A DNA stretch of 27,039 nt. Origin: an uncultured Ruminococcus sp. GTDB taxonomy: Bacteria; Bacillota; Clostridia; Oscillospirales; Acutalibacteraceae. The stretch spans positions 1 through 27,039 of the forward strand of contig CADBRB010000086.1 of assembly GCA_902796955.1 (NCBI GenBank). The letters run 5' to 3'. Shown here in pieces: positions 23,604 through 27,039 of the stretch. Both the position numbers and the translations under genes were made by a program. The notes under the pieces were generated by a model that did not search any database, had not been told where the DNA came from, and saw only the letters and a program-made list of their open reading frames with translations. How positions within the stretch are numbered: position 1 is the stretch's first letter; each line of letters begins with the position of its first letter.

Positions 23604-24296
23604 ATGAGAAAAATATTGTCATTAGCTTTGGTAACTTGTATGGTGTTATCCTGTATGCTGCTTACGGGATGCGAGGACAAAACTGTTGTAAACGGCTTAA
23701 CGTTTTTTAAGAGTGAGCTTATATCGCTTGCTGAGTTTACCGACAAAAACGTGAAAGGTGAAACCGAGGATATTAAGATTTACGCCTTTTTGGATAATGA
23801 ATTTAACAGCGGCGGCATTTATATAGACGCCGATAAGAAGCAGGCGTTCGATTGGGGAGTTACAGAGGAAACTTTGCCTCAGCTTGTTATGTTTGACTAT
23901 GACAAAGACGGAATGAATGAAATAGGCGCATCGTTTGTTTATGACCAGAACATGGGCGACGGCTTCAAGTATTCGCAGGTTGATATACTTGAAAAGTCAG
24001 AGGACGGCTATGTTGAGCAAACATATTCTTCAGATGAATTTCTTGAAGCGATTGATGCAAATATAAGCCTTAAAGAGCATACGGATATCTTCGGTGATGC
24101 AGAGAGCATATCATACGGAGAAATATTCGATTTTGATTTGACAAAAGACGGTAAGATTATCGGCAGAATGAAGTACTCTGCCGTCTGCAAAAAAGATGAT
24201 AAAACAGAGGAAATCACAGGCGAAATCACCGCTAACATTACATATGCGTCAAGAATGTTTACAGCGGCTGACTTTGAAATAGTGCCTGATAAATAA
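23604..24296 (+). CDS. Hypothetical lipoprotein
   Basis: Signal peptide plus lipobox (LVTCMVLSCMLLTGC). AGGAGG 7 nt upstream of the ATG at 23604 (the ORF-track GTG at 23598 is rejected). Acidic protein with no recognised domain. Confidence 0.7.
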   Translation: MRKILSLALVTCMVLSCMLLTGCEDKTVVNGLTFFKSELISLAEFTDKNVKGETEDIKIYAFLDNEFNSGGIYIDADKKQAFDWGVTEETLPQLVMFDYDKDGMNEIGASFVYDQNMGDGFKYSQVDILEKSEDGYVEQTYSSDEFLEAIDANISLKEHTDIFGDAESISYGEIFDFDLTKDGKIIGRMKYSAVCKKDDKTEEITGEITANITYASRMFTAADFEIVPDK

Positions 24297-24518
24297 ATTA
24301 TAATTAGGACATTTGCTGAAGGTCAATGCTAATCACTTGCAAAAATCGGACAATGGTTTATTGTTGGTGACAGTATAAGTCTTGGCAGATGTCCGTGCTG
24401 TATAATGCGTGTGAAACTGAGCATACTATGCTTTTATGCATAAGGACAACATCGGCACGATTTTAATAAAAAGGTGATTGTCGCAGCTCCGCTTCGCACC
24501 GCAGCAAGGTGAATTAAA

Positions 24519-25322
24519 ATGGAAAAAGTAAAACAAAAGAAAAAAATGTTGAAATATATGGTGAGAATTATTCTTTTTATCCTGTTTACGGTAATGCTAT
24601 GGTGGTATATGCTGCCCGTTGCCGCCAATATACTGAACGTCGGCAATATATGCGGAGCGCTTGCCTGCCTGCTTGGTATGGCAATAACTGCGTTCTATGC
24701 AAAGTTCAGAGAACTGCTGTTGCTTATCAACAAAAGTACGGCAGGAGCTTTGTTTATCCGTATAGTTGCGGCAGTAATGGTCTGTGCATTGATTTATACC
24801 TCCGCTGCGCTTACTATGATAACCGTATATGCCAAAAAGACACCCGAAAAATCATCAACGGTGGTCTTGCTTGGCTGTAAGGTAAACGGTACAACTCCGA
24901 GCCTTATGCTCAACAGGAGAATCTCTGCGGCATACAGATATTTAAACGAGCATGAGGACGCAGTTTGCATACTGTCAGGCGGTCAGGGCAATAATGAAGA
25001 GATAAGCGAAGCTCAATGTATGTACGATGAGCTGATAGAGAGAGGAATAGATGCCAACAGGCTCTATTTGGAGGATAAATCTACAAACACATATGAGAAT
25101 TTAAAGTTCTCTTATGAGATAATAAAGGAAAACAAGCTCAATAAAAATATAGCGATTGTAACAGACGGATTTCATCAGCTGAGAGCTAATTTGATTTCCA
25201 AGAAGCTTGGTATAAACGTTACCGGAGCAATATCGGCAAAAACACCGTACTATCTTTTGGCCACATATACAACACGTGAGATAGTAGCGGTATTGGCTCA
25301 GCTGTTCGGATTATCCGGCTGA
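24519..25322 (+). CDS. DUF218 / YdcF-ElyC-SanA family membrane protein
   Basis: N-terminal TM helices, then DUF218 motifs (VVLLGCKVNG...ILSGGQG...SEAQCM...STNTYENLKFS...IVTDGFHQLRA). RBS AGGTGA 6 nt upstream. Confidence 0.8.
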   Translation: MEKVKQKKKMLKYMVRIILFILFTVMLWWYMLPVAANILNVGNICGALACLLGMAITAFYAKFRELLLLINKSTAGALFIRIVAAVMVCALIYTSAALTMITVYAKKTPEKSSTVVLLGCKVNGTTPSLMLNRRISAAYRYLNEHEDAVCILSGGQGNNEEISEAQCMYDELIERGIDANRLYLEDKSTNTYENLKFSYEIIKENKLNKNIAIVTDGFHQLRANLISKKLGINVTGAISAKTPYYLLATYTTREIVAVLAQLFGLSG

Positions 25323-25369
25323 CGGTACAAACGTCATACTACTTAATCACAGACTGAAAAGGTGATAAT

Positions 25370-25900
25370 ATGAAAAGACTTATACCCCTGATACTTGCCG
25401 TTTCAATTCTTATAAGCATGACTGCGTGCGGCGGCATAAAAATACCCGAAGGCATGAACTGTTATGAATATGACACCACACCTAACGATGAAACCGGCTG
25501 GGATGTTGAGCTTTTATACGCAGTAGGGCTTGCAGGTCTGCGTAAGCCGAAGGACGCTTCGCTTGTTTCAATAGACGGTGACTACAACAGCGATTTATTG
25601 TTGTTTCTTGTAAGCAACGACGGTGAATCCGATGTTGAAGAAAAACTGTATGAGGATATGGTCAATGAAATAACCGGGCTTGTTAAGCGTGATAATACGT
25701 ATATCTCCACCGAGGACGGCTATGTAAAAGAAAATTCTTCGCTATTCACTGAGATTTGTTATCAATATAACGGCAAATTCTATGCCGCATATCTGGCATA
25801 TTACGAGCGAGTTGAGGAGGACGGCGAGGTTACACCGTCCTGTATAGGTTTGTCTGTCACATCATATTCAAAGGCAACACCCGATACACCCGTCGGCTAA
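25370..25900 (+). CDS. Hypothetical lipoprotein
   Basis: Signal peptide plus lipobox (LISMTACGG). RBS AGGTGA. No recognised domain. Confidence 0.7.
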   Translation: MKRLIPLILAVSILISMTACGGIKIPEGMNCYEYDTTPNDETGWDVELLYAVGLAGLRKPKDASLVSIDGDYNSDLLLFLVSNDGESDVEEKLYEDMVNEITGLVKRDNTYISTEDGYVKENSSLFTEICYQYNGKFYAAYLAYYERVEEDGEVTPSCIGLSVTSYSKATPDTPVG

Positions 25901-25913
25901 TACAAACAAAGAA

Positions 25914-25956
25914 TAAAAAATCTCCCTGACGAAACAAATTCATCAGGGAGATTTTA
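25914..25956. terminator. Bidirectional intrinsic terminator (10-bp perfect stem atctccctga / tcagggagat, A7 on the left, T4 on the right)
   Basis: Seen in sequence. It serves the plus-strand lipoprotein gene and the minus-strand 100-aa gene. Confidence 0.7.
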
Positions 25957-25988
25957 TTAAGTAAGCAAAACTTAACAATAAGACTGAA

Positions 25989-26291
25989 TCAACTTTGCTC
26001 AGCTTTTGTCAGCGCACGTGAGAGCCATGCCTCCGCTATATCCATAGCAAGGAACATACCGTTTTTTTCGCTTGACTTAACAACGGCCTTACGAGGGCTC
26101 AAATTCGGGTCTGTACTCAAAAGCTGAATGGAAACCTTGTCTGCTATCTCAGTATCATTAACTGTTTTCTTGGATTTTATATTAAGCTTGATAACATACT
26201 CATCTGCCATATCGCCATAGTATATGGTATCGCCGCTTCTAACCAATGGCTTTCCCTTATACATAAGGAATTTGCTTTCCTGCTTTGCCAT
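25989..26291 (-). CDS. Hypothetical 100-aa protein on a monocistronic unit
   Basis: ORF with AGGA 10 nt upstream of the ATG, its own promoter-like element, and a flanking terminator. I do not recognise the family. Confidence 0.55.
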   Translation of the reverse strand: MAKQESKFLMYKGKPLVRSGDTIYYGDMADEYVIKLNIKSKKTVNDTEIADKVSIQLLSTDPNLSPRKAVVKSSEKNGMFLAMDIAEAWLSRALTKAEQS

Positions 26292-26346
26292 TTCAACACT
26301 GTCCTTTCCGTAATCAATTTACAATCATCAAAACAATCTACAGCTT

Positions 26347-26374
26347 AGTATAGCACATCTTTTGCATTATGTAA
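26347..26374 (-). promoter_or_regulatory. Candidate sigma-A promoter for the 100-aa gene (TTACAT -16- TGcTATACT, extended -10)
   Basis: Seen in sequence on the minus strand (plus-strand agtatagca ... atgtaa). Confidence 0.35.
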
Positions 26375-26528
26375 AGTTTTTACAGATTTTTTTTAAAATA
26401 GTTTACATACTGTACAGTATAAATTCCCGAAAAAGACAGTGATTTGATACGATTTGACAAAAAAGCTTTTTATATCGTAATCAGCATAGTATATATGCTC
26501 CGCTACTGTATGAGTCATAAAGCAAAAA

Positions 26529-26566
26529 CTCCGTGCCATAACCACCTGTGGCACAGAGATTTTTTT
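26529..26566. terminator. Bidirectional intrinsic terminator downstream of the amidase gene (10-bp stem with one mismatch; T7 on the plus side, T5 on the minus side)
   Basis: Seen in sequence: ctccgtgcca / taaccacctg / tggcacagag, followed by atttttttat. Confidence 0.6.
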
Positions 26567-26602
26567 ATATAGCTTGTAGTCTACACTTTTTATTTATTGA
26601 CG

Positions 26603-27039
26603 TTACGTATTACTTACAACAACATAGCTTCCGCTAACGTAACCTAAAATTCCCTGATATCTTGTCAAATACCAATCGCCCGCCTGACCGAGTATAATAA
26701 TTTTAGTACCGTTGGGTATAGTGCCTAAGACGGCAGATGATGTTGTAGGCTCCTGACGTATGTTAAGCGGAGAGCCTTGTTTAGTGGTTACAGTGCCGAT
26801 AGTTGTTTCACCCGGACCTCTGAACGGCAGTCCGAAGTATTCGGTTACAGACAAAACAAGGTTTTTAGCTATATCGCTTATATTATCCCTTATCCATTTT
26901 GCGTCGTCGGCATTATCATGGTATGCAATCTCAATAAGCACGGCAGGCGCTCTTGTGAGCCTAAGCTCCGGAATAGTAGTGTTGGCAACCGTTTTAACCA
27001 TTGACGGCATCGGATAAATTGATTTAAAGTTATTGGCGA
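26603..27039 (-). CDS. N-acetylmuramoyl-L-alanine amidase (Amidase_3 C-terminal part) with a C-terminal bacterial SH3 (SH3b) domain. Partial; the 5' end lies beyond the window edge.
   Basis: Amidase_3 C-terminal signature (APAVLIEIAYHDNADDAKWI). SH3b-like domain (GTVTTKQGSPLNIRQEPTTSSAVLGTIPNGTKIIILGQAGDWYLTRYQGILGYV). The reading frame stays open to position 27039. Confidence 0.75.
   Translation of the reverse strand, partial: ANNFKSIYPMPSMVKTVANTTIPELRLTRAPAVLIEIAYHDNADDAKWIRDNISDIAKNLVLSVTEYFGLPFRGPGETTIGTVTTKQGSPLNIRQEPTTSSAVLGTIPNGTKIIILGQAGDWYLTRYQGILGYVSGSYVVVSNT

Noticed and set aside
24399-24406. Extended -10 promoter (TGnTATAAT) for the DUF218 gene
   Set aside because: A TATAAT is present at 24401-24406, but the TG is directly adjacent with no spacer nucleotide, and no -35 sits at a workable distance. 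Too weak to list as a feature.

Overview
This 27 kb window looks like core chromosome from a spore-forming, low-GC Clostridia (Oscillospiraceae/Ruminococcaceae-like) genome. It is dense, mostly housekeeping coding sequence. Reading left to right:

- A bidirectional terminator pair, then a minus-strand operon of a small XRE-family HTH regulator plus a membrane-anchored protein with a serine/asparagine-rich linker and an unidentified C-terminal beta-rich domain.
- A secreted cyclophilin lipoprotein.
- A highly structured ~340 bp intergenic segment bracketed by two identical 30-nt GC-rich hairpins.
- A textbook sigma-A promoter driving a ~500 nt noncoding leader that contains a tRNA-like T-arm fragment.
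- An SPFH/band-7 protein whose coding sequence carries a 16-A homopolymer.
- A convergent tatD-metG pair.
- spoIIE, followed by a YlmH-like S4 RNA-binding protein.
- A 1092-aa secreted repeat protein: signal peptide, Listeria-Bacteroides (Flg_new) repeats organised as three exact 447-bp tandem units, then four 264-bp Fn3-like tandem units.
- rarA and an orphan TagB/TagF-family glycerophosphotransferase on the minus strand.
- A small membrane-anchored hypothetical protein.
- A five-gene trimeric electron-bifurcating [FeFe]-hydrogenase cluster: NuoE-like, histidine-kinase-like ATPase, Cys-less HndB-like small protein, NuoF-like, HydA.
- Two lipoproteins, a DUF218/YdcF-family membrane protein, and a 100-aa hypothetical protein on its own transcription unit.
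- The 3' part of an Amidase_3 + SH3b cell-wall amidase.

I see no CRISPR array, transposase, integrase or recognisable defence system. The things most worth a second look are the hairpin-bracketed structured element, the promoter plus tRNA-like noncoding region, the poly-A tract in the SPFH gene, the exact-period tandem repeats in the surface protein, and the two accessory genes inside the hydrogenase operon.
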